Assembly (NCBI GenBank): GCA_032718475.1 | Contig: JAUCBJ010002026.1 | Location: 11,630-75,629 of the forward strand | Length of the DNA stretch: 64,000 nucleotides | Direction of reading: 5' to 3' | From: Nemertoderma westbladi | Taxonomy: Eukaryota; Animalia; Xenacoelomorpha | Shown here: positions 35,754 to 49,620 of the stretch, piece by piece | Position numbering within the stretch: position 1 is the first letter of the stretch | How the letters are laid out: each line of letters begins with the position of its first letter | Translations under genes and position numbers: made by a program | The notes under the pieces: model-generated | The model's database searches: none | What the model was told of the DNA's origin: nothing | The model's input: the letters and a program-made list of their open reading frames with translations, nothing else

Positions 35754-36099
35754 ATGCCTGACATTTAACGTAAACTTGGCTCACGTTCTTATCGAAATTA
35801 TACTGAAGATGCTCTCATAAAGGCAGTGGACGAAATTCGGGGAGGTAAAACTGCAAAATCAGTTTCCGAAAAGTATAACATACCACGCCGAACATTAGGA
35901 AAAAAAGTTAAAGAAACTTCATACAAAACCGGTAAGGGGACAGAAGGTGCTCAATGACACTGAAGAGAATGTCATTAAGGATAGCATTCTACAATGTGCG
36001 GAATATGGTATGCCATTGGACTCATTTGACTTACGAATGTTGGTGAAGTCTTATTTGGATAGTATTGGTAGAGAAATAAAGAATTTTACAAATAATATC
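35754..36099 (+). pseudogene. pogo/Tigger-type transposase N-terminal fragment (psq-type HTH plus CENP-B-type HTH)
   Basis: Manual translation: MPDI*RKLGSRSYRNYTEDALIKAVDEIRGGKTAKSVSEKYNIPRRTL, then after a frameshift GQKVLNDTEENVIKDSILQCAEYGMPLDSFDLRMLVKSYLDSIGREIKNFTNN. TIR-like GGGTGACTTTGCCATT at ~35068 has an inverted copy at ~35427. Confidence 0.8.
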
Positions 36100-36101
36100 A
36101 A

Positions 36102-36952
36102 ATTCGTTACATCAGGATATTAAATTTACAGTTGAATACCAAAACATTAAGGGACAGTTACCTTTTTTGGACGTACTAATTGGTTTAGTTTATGGTAAAT
36201 TCTCGACTGACGTTTATCAAAAACCTACCCACTCCAACAGGTACTTAAACTTTTCATCCAACCACCACCCACGGGTGAAACAAAGCGTATGCAGTGCATT
36301 ATTTTTTAGATCCAATCGTATTTGTTCTACTGTAGATGCACGAAATCGCACTCAAACTAAACTGGCTAACACATTAGCTAATAATGGTTATCCTACCAGA
36401 ATTATTTATAGTACAAAGAGACGTATCAATAGACAATTCGACCAACCTAAACCTGTACGACCCAAGGACAAAATTGACATAAGACTTGGCTTACCATATG
36501 AGGAAGGCCTCACTGAAAGTTTGGAAAAACTCTGCGCTCTCTATGGGGTGGCAACTTACTTTGTACCGGGGCGAAAGTTGGCATCTTTTCTGCTAAAAGG
36601 TCACAAAGCGGTGACTGATCATAGGGGCGTAATATATAGGATCCCATGCGAATGTGGTCTAACATATATAGGTGAAACTAAATACAGTATGGATATCCGT
36701 TTAACGCAACATGACAGTGATGTAAGACACGGTAGGTATAAAGCATCGGATCTAGCAGCTCACCATGTGGATACTGGACATGTGCCAAGTTTTGAGTTAA
36801 CAGAAGTCATAGGTAGACAAACCCAGTTACGTAGGAGAAAAATCTTAGAAAGTCTTAATATCCGATTATTAGGGGACAAAGCTATTAATAAAAGGACATC
36901 GGTGGACGTTGACCATTTAAGTGTAGGGGCATTACAAAAATATATGAACTAA
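36102..36952 (+). pseudogene. Penelope RT thumb plus GIY-YIG endonuclease (truncated)
   Basis: VYQKPTHSNRYLNFSSNHH; GVIYRIPCECGLTYIGET; RLTQH; SDLAAHHVDTGH; RKILES; IN. Confidence 0.9.
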
Positions 36953-37370
36953 TATTTGTAGTACATTGTGTGTATGTGTGGGTGAATGTGTATTTTTTCT
37001 TTCTGTGATTGTGCCAATTGTTTGTATTATTTGTATTATACTGTATGTTTAGTACTGTAGTTGTGGTCTCATGTAATGTTTTTTATATTATACTGCTTTT
37101 GTGCTATAATATCCGTTAAGTTACTGTATGGTGGTTATTTGTCTTGTCAGTCAGTGCATTGGTTATTTTCAGTATTTTGCAGTATTACAACTTAGGTTAG
37201 TACTGGGTTAGGTATTATTATACAGTTTTGATTTTAGGTACCTTACTGTGACTATACATAGTTAGGCCAGTTTGCAGGACTGTGTTATTATTCCATTATT
37301 ATTATTATGCGATTAGGATTACATACATATCTCACATTCAATATATCTATCTTCTATTAGTTAGTTGTGT

Positions 37371-37420
37371 TTGTTATTGACAATGAATTATAATATTAAT
37401 TCGAAATATATTTACGATAT
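37371..37420 (+). ncRNA. Candidate minimal hammerhead ribozyme (U3-A8 variant)
   Basis: TTGACAA-T-GAATTA-taatat-TAATTC-GAAA followed by a palindromic AAATATATTT stem III; lies in the Penelope 3' region. Stem I is weak. Confidence 0.45.
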
Positions 37421-38299
37421 CGCTGTATTGCTCCGTTTACTTATTATTATTAATTTTGCAACTATCTACACTAACTGGAATTACATTACTTCATCTTTAT
37501 CGATATTATGATTAATTATAATTAGGCTAGCGGGCGTTGCTGCCTACCCCTCAATGCCCCCGGACAGCGCAAGATCCTCAGCACCGATGTACTGTCGCCG
37601 CTGTGCCTTTCGCCAACATAGTAGCTACACAACGACAACAATACCAGCGCGAGTCACTCCACTGTCCGTCCCAAGGGCTCAGATTTACTTCAGGTTCTTA
37701 CTGCAGAGGTAGGGCTACTTTCACAACTGCGACTAGCTACTGTAAACACACTTTAGTAGCAACATTCACCTATAAACGCACAAATTCCACACAACTGTCA
37801 CAAATTGTATACATTCGGGTCATTTGTCCGTTAGTCAAGTGCCTTCCAGAATGCCACGTTATTATTATGTATCCTTGGATACTAGCAGTGTGCTATTTAT
37901 TCGTATGCTATTCAATGGGGCAAGCTTTCTATTGTTCTTTTAACTCGCTTCTAATTCTAGCGTGGTTGTTGCTATGGTGACATTATGGAAAGCTAGCATT
38001 AGAATTAGGGTAATTCGCATGCATACAGATCTGGGATGCTATTTAATAGTAATTATTTAATTGTCAATATTCCCCTTTATACATGATTTTATGAATTTTA
38101 TCGGCTATTGACTATATATTGGAGATTCTCGCTCACTAATATACTTAATAGGGTGAATCTCCGCTCCCATGATCTATTAATTAATGGAATTTTGGGAATG
38201 TTATAAATTGTATAAAATGACAATTTATCAAATTCATGAGAAGATATGAATTTAAATTTATTCCCGTAAATTTTATTATTTAATATTAAAATAGACACA

Positions 38300-38680
38300 A
38301 TTTTATTCCAGAACATGTCTGGGAACTAGGATCCTTAATTCTAGGAAATTTGTCTTTTTAAGAGTATCGGTAAGTGCTACGATATCTTAATCGACTAGAA
38401 TTTTAAAGGATCTGATTTTTAACAGATTTTGGATTTTCTTGGTTTACGAACTCCTTAGAGTTTATTTGTCGGCATTTACTCTATTATAGCATTTGTTTTA
38501 ATAGATTTTTATAAATATTAACTATGTAATATTTAAGATGGGCACCGATTTATTCCAGAACTTGTCTGGGGACGTTAACCACTGATTCTAGAGTTTTGTC
38601 TTTCAAGTATATCGGTGGGTGCCGTGATATCTTAATCGACTAGAATTACAGATGGTCAAAGGGTTTAACAGATTTATTTT
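38300..38680. repeat. Two diverged ~130-bp direct repeats downstream of element C pol
   Basis: TTTATTCCAGAAC.TGTCTGGG...GATATCTTAATCGACTAGAATT...TTTAACAGATTT at about 38302 and 38550. Confidence 0.75.
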
Positions 38681-39198
38681 GCATTTTACGCTACTGTTAA
38701 ATGGACATCACGCTACTATATGTATTATTTAATATACGGTATGAGAGCAATATTGCAAGAAGCAATGTCAGTGAGAAGAGGCAAGTCGTTTCCAAGGTCT
38801 ACCCAGAGCTTGGTTTAGCCGAAACACGAGGATCTGAACTTTGCATTCCTAATACTCTACTTACCAATAATACTTGAGTATAGTAGGAGCTTTATTGTAC
38901 TTTAATAAGTACGGACATTTCATCTTACTGTAGTCACGCATTTATAATATGATACGGACAGTAAGGAAAGAGAAAAATAATTATTTCTCGCCATTGCACT
39001 AAATATATAATATAAGTAATTAAGTAATAAACACTAATATATATTGCACTAATCTACTAAATAATCGCTAAAATAACATTCTACTAAATAAAATTAAAGA
39101 AAATGATTATAATAAAATTACGTAATAATACATACATAAATATAAAAATAATAAAACAAATATAAAATAATATAGTCACACACCCACTCCAGACACTG

Positions 39199-40708
39199 TT
39201 ACGTTGGGGAGTCCCTAGATGTTTGTTGGATTAGGGAGGTGGTCGTGGGAAGAGTATCTTGCCTTCCATAGTTTCCGGAGAGTTCTCTGTCTCTTTCCAG
39301 TAAACATAAACGACCAACTGGGCGATTGAGTTGTTGTGTTTCGAACACAATTCCAGGTTTCTTAAAGTTACGTCGCATGACGACGAGTTCTACCGATCGC
39401 ACTAAACCATCATCGGAGATATGAGTCTCGATGATACGACCTGTCTGCCACCGCTTACGTGGAAGATCTGATTCCACAATAAGGACCATGTCTCCGGCGC
39501 TGACAGTTTTCTTGCTGCGCAAACCACTTGGTTCGAAGTTGTAGCGTAGGCAGATAATGTTTTTTGAAATGGTCAGCGAAACGATGGGACAACAACTGCA
39601 CAAGTTGCCAAGTTTGTCGGCAGTATTCGTCTCCGTCCGAGATTTCCGATCGTGATAGCATGGCTACAGGTTTCTTCAGTAGGAAATGCGCGGGTGTTAG
39701 CGCTTCTAGGGAGTCGGGACTCGATGAGACTGGCATAAGCGGTCTCTCATTAAGATAGGCGGCGATTTCTTCCATTAACGTCCGCAAAAGTTCGTCGGTG
39801 AGATACGCGCGGCACGGCACTATAAAGTGAAATGCGGTCTTCACGCTCCTGATTAATCTCTCCCAACTTCCTCCCCACCAAGGAGTGTCTGCGGCGTTGA
39901 AGGTCCAGCTAGATGCTGTTACCCTTAGCTGATCGTCCACCTGTCTTTGGTTCCAATTTTTAACGTAAGCCTTGATCTCATTATTGGCACCAATGAAGTT
40001 CGTTCCCTTATCAGATCTCATCGTGTTGCTAGTTCCAAAGCGAGCGATCTGTCGGCGTAAGCTCAATATGAAGCTGTTGGTAGATAGATCTTTCACCATA
40101 TCTAGATGGATCGCTCTACAAGTCATACAGACAAAGATGACACACCATCGCTTGACTATAGTCCTAGCACGATATACTTCAATAGGGCCAAATAAATCCA
40201 CACCGGTAGTAGTAAAGGGTGGTTCATAGAAGCTTACTCGTTCCCTAGGTAATTCTGCCTCTCGCTGTGTTAAAGGCCTACTAAATGCTTTCCTACAGGG
40301 TATACAGTTCCTAAGAACTTGGTTCAGAGCTCTACGGGGTTTATGGAAATAATAGCGAGTTCGAATTTCGCTAAGAACTCATTCTCTACCAGCATGGTAA
40401 AGTTTACTGTGAACATCTACAATCATCTTGATTTGTATTTCAAGATTTCTAATGAGTACAGGAAATTTAGTGTCAAAGGACAATGGAGCATTAGTTAGTC
40501 TCCCTCCAACACGTATTAACCCATCTATCATTGTGCTAGAGAAACGATCCCTTAAGCGCATCTGTGGATTTCTCAACAACAGGAAATACTTATCGGAATC
40601 TTCATAGCATTGCAGGAGTCTCAGTATCTGCTTATTGGTTTCTTCATGCTCCTGGTAACTGATCTTCTCCGTTAGAAACCTATCTGATACCTTGTATTTG
40701 GGAAGATC
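39199..40708 (-). pseudogene. Element C integrase (stops and frameshift)
   Basis: IRVGGRL, HSKLYHAGRE*, VDLFGP, RSDKGTNF, WWGGSWERLIRSVK, LTPAHFL, SDDGLVRSV. Confidence 0.9.
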
Positions 40709-43700
40709 TTAAATAGCATGGACCTGTGCAGATGTCAGTGGAGCGGTATCACTAGCAATCTTCGTCCTGGAGTAGTGATGATGGAAGCATCGCTTCAAAT
40801 ACACGACGGCCTTACAAAGCCGATTCCAGGAGCTATAGTGATTTATCGCTCTCTGCAGGAGAGGTGAGAGTCCCTGCGAGATGTCTGGTGTTCCAGATTT
40901 CCAGTCTCTTTCTCTAATTTCCACAACAGATTTATTTGTGGCGGGGGAGTTTAGATCCACAGTGTTGTCAATGGAAATGTGTAGTACAGACAGATCTAAC
41001 ACGGGTTTAAATAACTTTGATTTACTCGTCCGGGTTTTAGGTTTGACTTTCTCCGCTCCCTTGGCTTGTCTAATCTCAGCCATGGTGAGATGAGGAGGCC
41101 ATTCATCCTCTTCTTTACTTAGGAAGTCGGGTCCACCTAACCAGTCTGGAGTATCTATCAGTTCTTGAGGAGTTGCTCCTCTGGAGGCGATGTCGGCTGG
41201 ATTAATCGTCCCAGGGCAATGTCTCCATTGATCTACCTTAGTTCGACTAAGTATAATGGCTACTCTGTTGGTAACGAAGATGCTGAACTGACAGACTTCG
41301 TTGGTTATATACTCCAAAACGAGTAAAGCATCGGTCCAATAGATGGTTTTCTCCAGTGGATAGTCGGTCTGTTCTGTTACATTCCGGCCGATGGCTGTAG
41401 CGTATAGAGCCGCTTTTAACTCCGCTCGAGGAACTCGTAGTTTGTTGTTTATCAAGGCCTTAGAGGTGACCAAGGCAACTTTCATTCCATCCGGAGTTTC
41501 AACTCTCAGGTAGGCTACTATACCTATTCCCATATCGCTGGCGTCTCCAAATACATGGAGTTGATAGGAATACGTGGGGAGAACGTGACCAAAATATGAA
41601 TGGGAAATCGTAAAGTTCTCGATGGATGGTAGAGAATCTTCCCATTTCATCCACTTCTTTAGTAGTTCTCCCTTAAGTGGATCGTCCCACGAGTGGTTTT
41701 CAAGCCACATTTGTTGCACTAAACTCCGAGCAACCAATATAACTGGGCTAATAAATCCCAATGGATCAAAATAAGTGCTCAGGATACTGAGACAAATTCG
41801 TTTAGTTCGAACTGGATTATCTCGCTGTTTTAGCTGGAAAAACAGGATATCTCTCTCCGTGTCCCATTTCAAACCAAGCGTCTTGGTTTCCGGAAGATCG
41901 TCCTTGATGAGGTCCAGATCTTTAACCCCTCGGTCTTCTACTGGGATCGATTCCAGAAACTCACGGGAGTTACTTGTGAATTTGGTTAGTCGAAATCCAC
42001 CGCGTTTCAAGCACTCTACCGTTCCCTTGGCAACATCAATGGCTTCTTCCACCGATGGGAGGGACTTTAAATTGTCGTCCATGTATATATCCCGTTTGAT
42101 GTTGTCTATAACTGCTTTAGAGAAGGCGTCTCGGTTGTCATCAGCAGTGGTACGCGCTACTGAGCAAGCGTTCGAGGGGCTCGAGATGATCCCGAAAGCC
42201 TGGATGGTCATCCAGTACTCCACTGGTTTCTGGTTGAGGTCTCCTTCAGGCCACCACAGAAATCGTAGGCTGTCTCGATCCATATCCAGCGCCTTAACTT
42301 GTAAGAACATGCCTTCTATATCCGAGGCGAAAGCGATAGAATATTGCCGTAATCTTAAGAGTATTCCCAACAAGGATTGGAGTAAGTTGGGTCCTGGCAA
42401 CAACTCAGAGTTAAGGGATTGGCCCATGTAAAGGGCGGAGCCGTCGAATACTACCCGGACTTTGTTGGGTTTACCGGGTTTGGGAACATAATGATGTGTT
42501 AGATAATACGTTCTCTCAGTTATGGGTGTTTCTTCCGGTACTCGCTCCGCGTATCCCTTATCGATGAATTTCTTCAGCTGGGTCTTATACATCTCTTTAG
42601 CTGAAGCATTGGCCGTAAGACGCCGATGTAATTGCGCGATTCTCTTCTCCGCTAAGGGTCGGTTATTTATGAAGTTGGGTTCTCGCCGTCGGAATGGAAG
42701 ACCAATTTCATACCTTCCTTGATCTTTAAGAAAACGGGTAGTTGTTTCCTGAATCTGCTTGGCTCTTTCCTCCTCGACTGATAGGGCCTTATCGTAGGAA
42801 TTAGGCTCTACAGCTTCTTGAGTAAAGAATCGTACAGTGTGTTCATTGCGAATCTTAGCGTTGTATCGATCTATCACCTCATTTAGTTCGTCGTTGTAAT
42901 CGAATTGTCCACCATGATGGATGAGATGACACAGGTTCACTTGGTTTTGCCAAGTTTTGTTTTCAGTGAGGAGGTCGATTGTGTTTTCCTCGTCGAATAA
43001 TTGGTGAATGTCGTCATTATCTGAGGAGTATGGGATTCCCTCAGTTGTGGTCTCTCCCTCACTGATTTCTTCTTCCCATTCACTCACCTGATGGACTTGG
43101 TCGTTGGGTAGCCTTTCCAGGAGTGTCCTACGGGAAGGTCCAGTGAAGTACCAACCTACTCTTGTTCTTCCCGCATATGTTTGTAATGGTTGCGGTCGAG
43201 CAGGCCGTTTTTCTAATGCCTCTAGCGCCTCATGCGCATTTTGGCCGATGAGTATCTGTACCCCTGGGTAGTTGGTGTTGAATCTAGGGATATTGTGCTG
43301 CTGGGTAAAATCATCTTCATCCCAGTTGTAAGGTTCCACTTGGCTGGTAGCAAAGTTCTTTATTGCCACCATTTTTACTGACCTTATGCTGTGTTCTCCT
43401 AGTTCGTCCTGGGGAGTGGACAACGCGCCTACATAGTAGTCTGTAGCTACTATAGATTTCCAAACCTGCATAATTCCTGAAAGGTTCAACTTAGTTCGGA
43501 ACTTGGGTTGTCCAGCAAAGATGTCTTCGGCTAGTTCTTTGTCAATGAATGTTCCTGTGCTGCCGGTGTCAAGGAGGGCGTTCACTATAAAACTCTTAGC
43601 TAACCCGTGGACTCTCAGCTGCACTACAGGGAATTCCCGGATTCCGACGTTGGAAGTTGGCGCTTTCCAAGATGGTTGTCGGTCCGGAATAGTCAGTGGG

Positions 43701-46700
43701 AGCTCGCTATCGGTTTCAGTCTCATACGTAAGCGCTCGATACACCGCGGTGTTTATCATATAACAGGATTCGTTTTCGTCGGAGAATTCGTCCGTGTAAA
43801 ATCCTTCCATCTCAGAGCTGTGGTCAGTGTCGTTCACATCATTGAATTGGAAATGTAGTTCGGACTCACTTACCTGACTCGGGCTGTTTCGTTCGAATTC
43901 AGTGTGCAACAAGATATGATGTTTTGCGCCGCACTTAGCACACCTTGTGTCTGAGTAACAGGTTCGCCGTTGGTGTCCTTGTCTGAGACAATTATAACAC
44001 AACCACTTATCCCACATGACATCACGTCTATCCTTTAGGGATTTCTTTAAGAATTCATCACATCCACTTAAACGATGGGGCCCGTCACACAATGCACATT
44101 TGGGTTTGATGTTACTTACTTTAACTTGTGTGGTGTTGTGCACACTTGTTCTTTCCTCGGGCTTTCTTCCATGAATTCTCTTAGGAGACGTAGGAGGAGT
44201 TTTCATTACCTGTTCTCTCCTGTCACTGGTTCGAGACTTAGATTTACTTACATATTTAGATGTTTTGTTGACATAGTAAGATCTTTCTGTGTCTTTCCCG
44301 CTGTTCTCCTCTTGAGAGGTTTGGCTTTCGCCATCGTCTGTATAACACACTGGTGTTACCTTTCTCCTAGAAACGGGTTTTTCACTTACTTTATTCTCCG
44401 GTGTCTTCTCTCGAGACTGCTTTAGGAGCTGTAATCTTACCTCTCCATTTAAGAATGACATGAGATCAGCCATGGTAGGGTCTCTTTGCTGCTGGTCCAT
44501 CATATAGAGCACTCTCTTGTCCCAACGCGTACCTACTCCACCCTTCGGCAAAGTAGAGGCCACGTCTCCAACAACCATAGAACTCTGATATTCATGAGAC
44601 TTACCTAGCCAATCTAACTGTCTACAGATCTCCTGGATCTCATCGGAAAATTATATAATCCCGCTGCTAAGAAACTTTCGGGGCGCTACTAATTTCGCAT
44701 ACAAATACCTAGCTATGTTTGTCCTATTACCATACCTGATGTTTAGTGTATCCCAAACTTGTCGCAATCCATCTGGATGTCCAATAAACTTTAACGCCAT
44801 TAACTTGGGAGGTCCTTCCAAGCACTCGATGAGGAATCTAAGTTTCTCTCCGTTAGATAGTACAGAGTTCTGTATGTTATCTTTGTAATATTCATTAAAA
44901 GGTAACCATTTCATCTCATCTCCGTTGAACTTGACGATCTCTCCCACCTTTACCGCTTGACAGGCTTCGGTTCTAGCCATTTGATGTGTAAAACTTTCTT
45001 GGGCCATCGTATTATTTAATATCGAGTTATCGGTATATAAATTTCTCGGATTATGATCAGGTCTATATGGAATATCATTATCAACAGGTTTATAATTATC
45101 CTTAATAGGGTTTACTATAGGAGTTTCTACTTCACTAGCAGTATAGATGCGTGTAGGCTCCACACCTTGCGCATGAAATACTTCAGACCTAACAGGTTGA
45201 CACATTGTTACAGGGGTTACAGGGTTACATTTATACCCTTTTGTATATTTACTAACTTATCGCGTTCTAACGCGATACTCTGCTGCACTTCTTGCAACTC
45301 TAACCTACCTTCTCTTACTGTTTCCTTTAACTGCTGAACAGTCCCCTCCAACTCTCGGACCTGTCGGGAGGAACGTACCCGATGTTCCTCCATCTGCCCG
45401 AGCAGGAGATCCATCCCCGCCGTCGCTCATCCACCCACTCTACCGCCGAAGCGGGAGCCGCCAACATAGTAGCGGGTAGACGAGGGACGACGGGCGATAA
45501 ATCGTTAATGTCTCGCTCGGCTTCCAGGTCCGGAATGGACTCAGGAACTGTCCTACTGGGCACAGGTAGTTTAGTACTATGCAAAGGGAATTTAGAGTTA
45601 GGTTCTAGAAGTACAGGGGTCTCTATCACAGAGGGGGTGGCTTCGAGTACAGGCCTAATTATTTCAGGCTCATCTACTATAGTAGGGAGTCTTTCTACTC
45701 TAATAATTTGGTCTGTGTATTTTGTGCTACCTAAGTCTGCACTAGCTAGTTGCCTTCTCACAGCTGGGGGCAAATTAGGCAATTTCTGACAGTGGGGCGT
45801 TCTTCTACGTTTGCTGGAACGAGATCTATTTCCTCCGCCTTCAGGATCTGTTGTATCGCCTTCATCAGATGAAGTAAATCCCTGTCTCTTGGGAGTAGAT
45901 CGACTTATTATCTGCATTTGACTAGCTGTTCTCCGTTTATTTAAGTAGTCTTGCTTCTCTTGAAGATTTTCCAACTCTAGTTGGGCTGTTTCTTCAGATG
46001 CCCTCCGTTCTGCTGCTGCCACTGCCTCTGCCGCCTTTCTTTCCGCTTCTGCTGCTGCTGCTTTTCTTTCTGCCTCTGCCGCTGCAGCTGCAGCTTTTCT
46101 TTCCGCTTCTGCCGCTGCCGCTGCCGCTTTTCTTTCAACTTCTGCCGCTGCCGCTGCGGCTGCCTTTCGGTCTTCTATACGTTTTTTCTTTAATTGTTCT
46201 TCCTGTTCTCTAGCGATGAGGATGCTTTCATCAAATTTAGCCTGCTCCGCGGCTAACATTTCTGCATCTAATGAGTCTAACACAAATTTGGCTCCCTCAC
46301 TATTAGGGTGAAGTCCAGCTAGCCATCTCCTTAACTCTTTGTCACCTATAAATCGTTGATAGTCCGACAGATAGATGTCAATAGCGTCCATCTTCTGAGG
46401 TTTCTCTGATGTAACGTCGCTTTCCACCTGAGAAAAGGTAGTGTCCGTTGATTCTCCGTGGGTCGCGCGCTTAGTTAGCTGAATTTTCCATTGTGTCGTT
46501 CCTTGGACTTTAAGAACCGTTGGAACCAAGTCTTTATGGCAACTTGCAACGACGTGTCTTGGCTTCTCTTCGAGGCTTCCTCAAAGGCGGAAAGGATCAG
46601 TTTGATCTGTAAGATTCGTTCTCTAACTTGACAAAGCAGCTCTCCCTGCTCTTGAGGTCCTTGGGGTTGTTGAAACAGTTGTTCCTCTAATCGCTCCAAA

Positions 46701-47338
46701 GAGCTGAAGAATCCCTGTACATATCCTGCTGCCGACCTCTTCCACACAGCTGGATCTCTAGTGTCCTTTACCACTCCCATCCTGTATAAGTCCTCCCAGG
46801 CAGCTTCCGATAAGTTAAATGGGAGTCCGGGTCCGGGGAAGTTCCATTGCGTCTCGACAATAGACTTCAGTTCCTCCTTTGTGTATCCCGCATAACTGTC
46901 CTTGGTCGATCGCTTACTTCTCGCCCAATCGATTTGATGTTCCTCCACCGCAATCAATACCCTAGTGAGTACAGCTTCAGGAAGAATAAGAAGTGGATCC
47001 GAATAAACCGCTTCTGCCATCTTGGCTCCGATCTCGGGTATCAACTCTACAGTATCTGAACTACTGGAGCTATCAGGCCGCTGAGAAATGAGTTCTAGGT
47101 TCGGGTGTTGCTGCTGTTTAACAGCTGCCTCTTGGTCCCGCTTGACTTGAGCCCGAGTGCCTATAATAGACCTACGGTGCTTGACTAGCCTAGGGTCTGA
47201 TACTACTACTGGAGGGATGACCTTTCTTACAGTAGGAGGGGACTTGGACTTCGGTCTAAGATGTTCTGCCCTCCTGTCTGAGTCGCAGACTGTTCTTTCT
47301 AGGAGACTATCTGACAGAGTTTGCTTGGTGTCAGCCAT
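40709..47338 (-). pseudogene. Element C gag-protease-RT-RNase H (frameshifted in gag)
   Basis: ORFs 46475-47338, 45327-46529 (AERKAAAAAAE repeats), 44651-45205 and 40709-44578. The last has three Cys/His knuckles, LLDTGST, YMDD, FGDAS and WTDA. Confidence 0.92.
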
Positions 47339-49329
47339 ATTTGATTGTACAGTTGAATGCCTACTACTATAACGACAGTTAAAGCAAGTCTAGTAATTCA
47401 GTATCAACTGCAAGCCTAGTGATCAATTACCGATACCGTTACTCAATGTAACGTGATATATATAATATATTAGAATACCGGTATACACTTATAGTATATA
47501 TATAAGTATGATTATAGACTAGGATTAATTACAGAATACCGGTATATAATTTCAGCATAAATTTATAGAAATAAATATAATAAGCCTACTATAAATACTG
47601 GTAATGTCAATTATTTTAGAATAACTGAATTTCTGAATCTTAAGGTTACTTTTCTTTACTTATTACTGTTATTAAGCAGTAGTCCAACTGATATTAAGAC
47701 CTAATTGATGTATAACAGGCCTACTATTTTATAAATCGGTTTGAGTTGATTTATAATGTATATATATATATACCCGTATAATGGGTTTTGTCAATGTTTG
47801 AAATAAATGTTATTATTTCTGATAAGGAGTCACTACACAGAAACTGAACGCTCTCAGTGAAGTGCTACTTGTTAGACACTAAAACAAATAATTATACTTT
47901 ACTAAGTTACTTATTACTACAAATTACATACAATACTGTGTGAGATTACAATCTCTAAATTAAACGCCAAAAGTTACACGTACAAATTTTAGAGTAATTT
48001 TACAGGAAATCTACAAACCAGCCTAACAAGGAGTTAGAATTTCTGGTTATTACAAATGGACAGGATACTACGGTATTTGAAAATAATAAAGCAGTAGAAA
48101 ATAAATTGCGTTGTCTAGATAAGAAAATACCACCGTCTGACGACTTATAGTCTTTAGCTCTACAGCTCTATAAGTACTACGTTATGTACCCGGAGTGTCC
48201 TTACCTAGAAGTTAATTACTGCAGCCAACCAGAGCTAACGTGCCTATTAACCACTTTACAACACAAATATACTGCCTACACACTAATTACTTTCGGAAAG
48301 CACTGTACACTAAACCCTAAATTTGGTACAAGTACTTATACAACAAATAACCAGCATAGCAGTTAAATATACTTGTACAGCTAAAAGAACCACGGTATCT
48401 GCTGGAGTGACCAGAGCTTAAAATCACCAGTCTTTACCTACGCCAAGCAGCCCTGATGTAGTACCAGGGTTAATTTAACTATAACGGTATGTATAACAAG
48501 CACAATTACTGTAGGAATAAACTTGGGGATTATGTAGGTTGCGAATAATCGCATAAACTCTGAATAATAAATATTATGCTACCCGTGCAGACTACACAAA
48601 CAAGATACAGACCAAATGCTGGCAGACTACTATCAAGCCTAAATAAACTACAGTATATGCAGACTCCGAAATGGTTAGTTAGTATGCGTTCTAACCTAGT
48701 AGTACGACTTATTGTTTCGGAGGGGATTTACCTTACAACACTGGATGCCCCCACCTTCCTAACAAGTACTTTATTGGACATACACTTTACACACACTGCA
48801 ATCGCTTCAGACTCAACAATAGCCAGACAACAATCCAGCCTACAAATTATTTGTACAATTTGAGTGGGCTTACACGCCTTCTGCTCAATATTACACTTAC
48901 AGCTAAATAAAACTGTCAGAAATAAATAAGCTCTAAAAGAAACAAGGGATGTATGTACAGTCCCTAATCTCTTAAACAGCCTACCAATATACAATATCAC
49001 AATCGAAATAATACTAGTACCGGTAAGTACCGGTTCGGGTGATTAGGTAGTTAGGCCTACAGGTTACCGTCCGACCGGTACACTAGACTTTATTGCCTAT
49101 GGTGCAATAAAGAAACTAACAAATCTATTATTGTTCGCGCTTTCAGACCTTTAGCAGTTTAACCTGCCAATTTTAGATGTCCTCTTGTTTATAAATCGAC
49201 TTTAGCCTATAACAAATATTTAGTGCACATGAAGTTACATTAGCCGAAGCCAGTCTATGCACGATCATTCACCCACAGTTAAGGGAGACTGGATTCGGAT
49301 GCTTTGACCTTATTGCGGTGTAGACCTAC

Positions 49330-49620
49330 TGTATTATTCGATTGATAACTACTTTATAATCTCTGACAAATATATTTACTTTCGGGGAAATATTAACAGT
49401 TCCTTTAGGACGTGGCGCTTTAAGTATATAAACAGAGTTATGACTTATACTAAACACAACAAGATGGCTAATGATTTCCGTAAATAGCGCATTCTTTAGG
49501 GGATGCTTTATTATCTGTCACACTACTGCACACTGATCTGCCGACCGTCACTGAATTTGATCATATATAAGGAGGATAGCAACTGACACATGTATGGATT
49601 ATGAAATAGCATTTAATACA
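49330..49620 (-). repeat. Putative 5' LTR of element C
   Basis: TGTATTA...TAATACA 7-bp inverted ends. Minus strand shows TATATA (~49564-49569), TCAGT (~49550, ~49533) and AATAAA (~49510). No partner copy. Confidence 0.35.

Larger units (their letters stand above)
36100..37520 (+). mobile_element. 5'-truncated Penelope-like retroelement
   Basis: Starts in the RT C-terminus (NSLHQDIKFTVE..LPFLDVLI), continues through GIY-YIG, then a T-rich 3' region. The 3' end is approximate. Confidence 0.88.
37526..49620 (-). mobile_element. BEL/Pao LTR retrotransposon C (relative of A; 3' LTR not found)
   Basis: Frameshifted gag-pol 39199-47338 is homologous to element A along its length. Boundaries are inferred. 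Confidence 0.8.

Noticed and set aside
37537-37980. 147-aa plus-strand ORF
   Set aside because: No motifs recognised, non-ATG start, and it lies at a rearranged TE junction.
49310-49620. Self-priming signature in element C
   Set aside because: The sequence next to the putative LTR (GTAGGTCTAC) has no complement inside it, and the LTR limits are uncertain.
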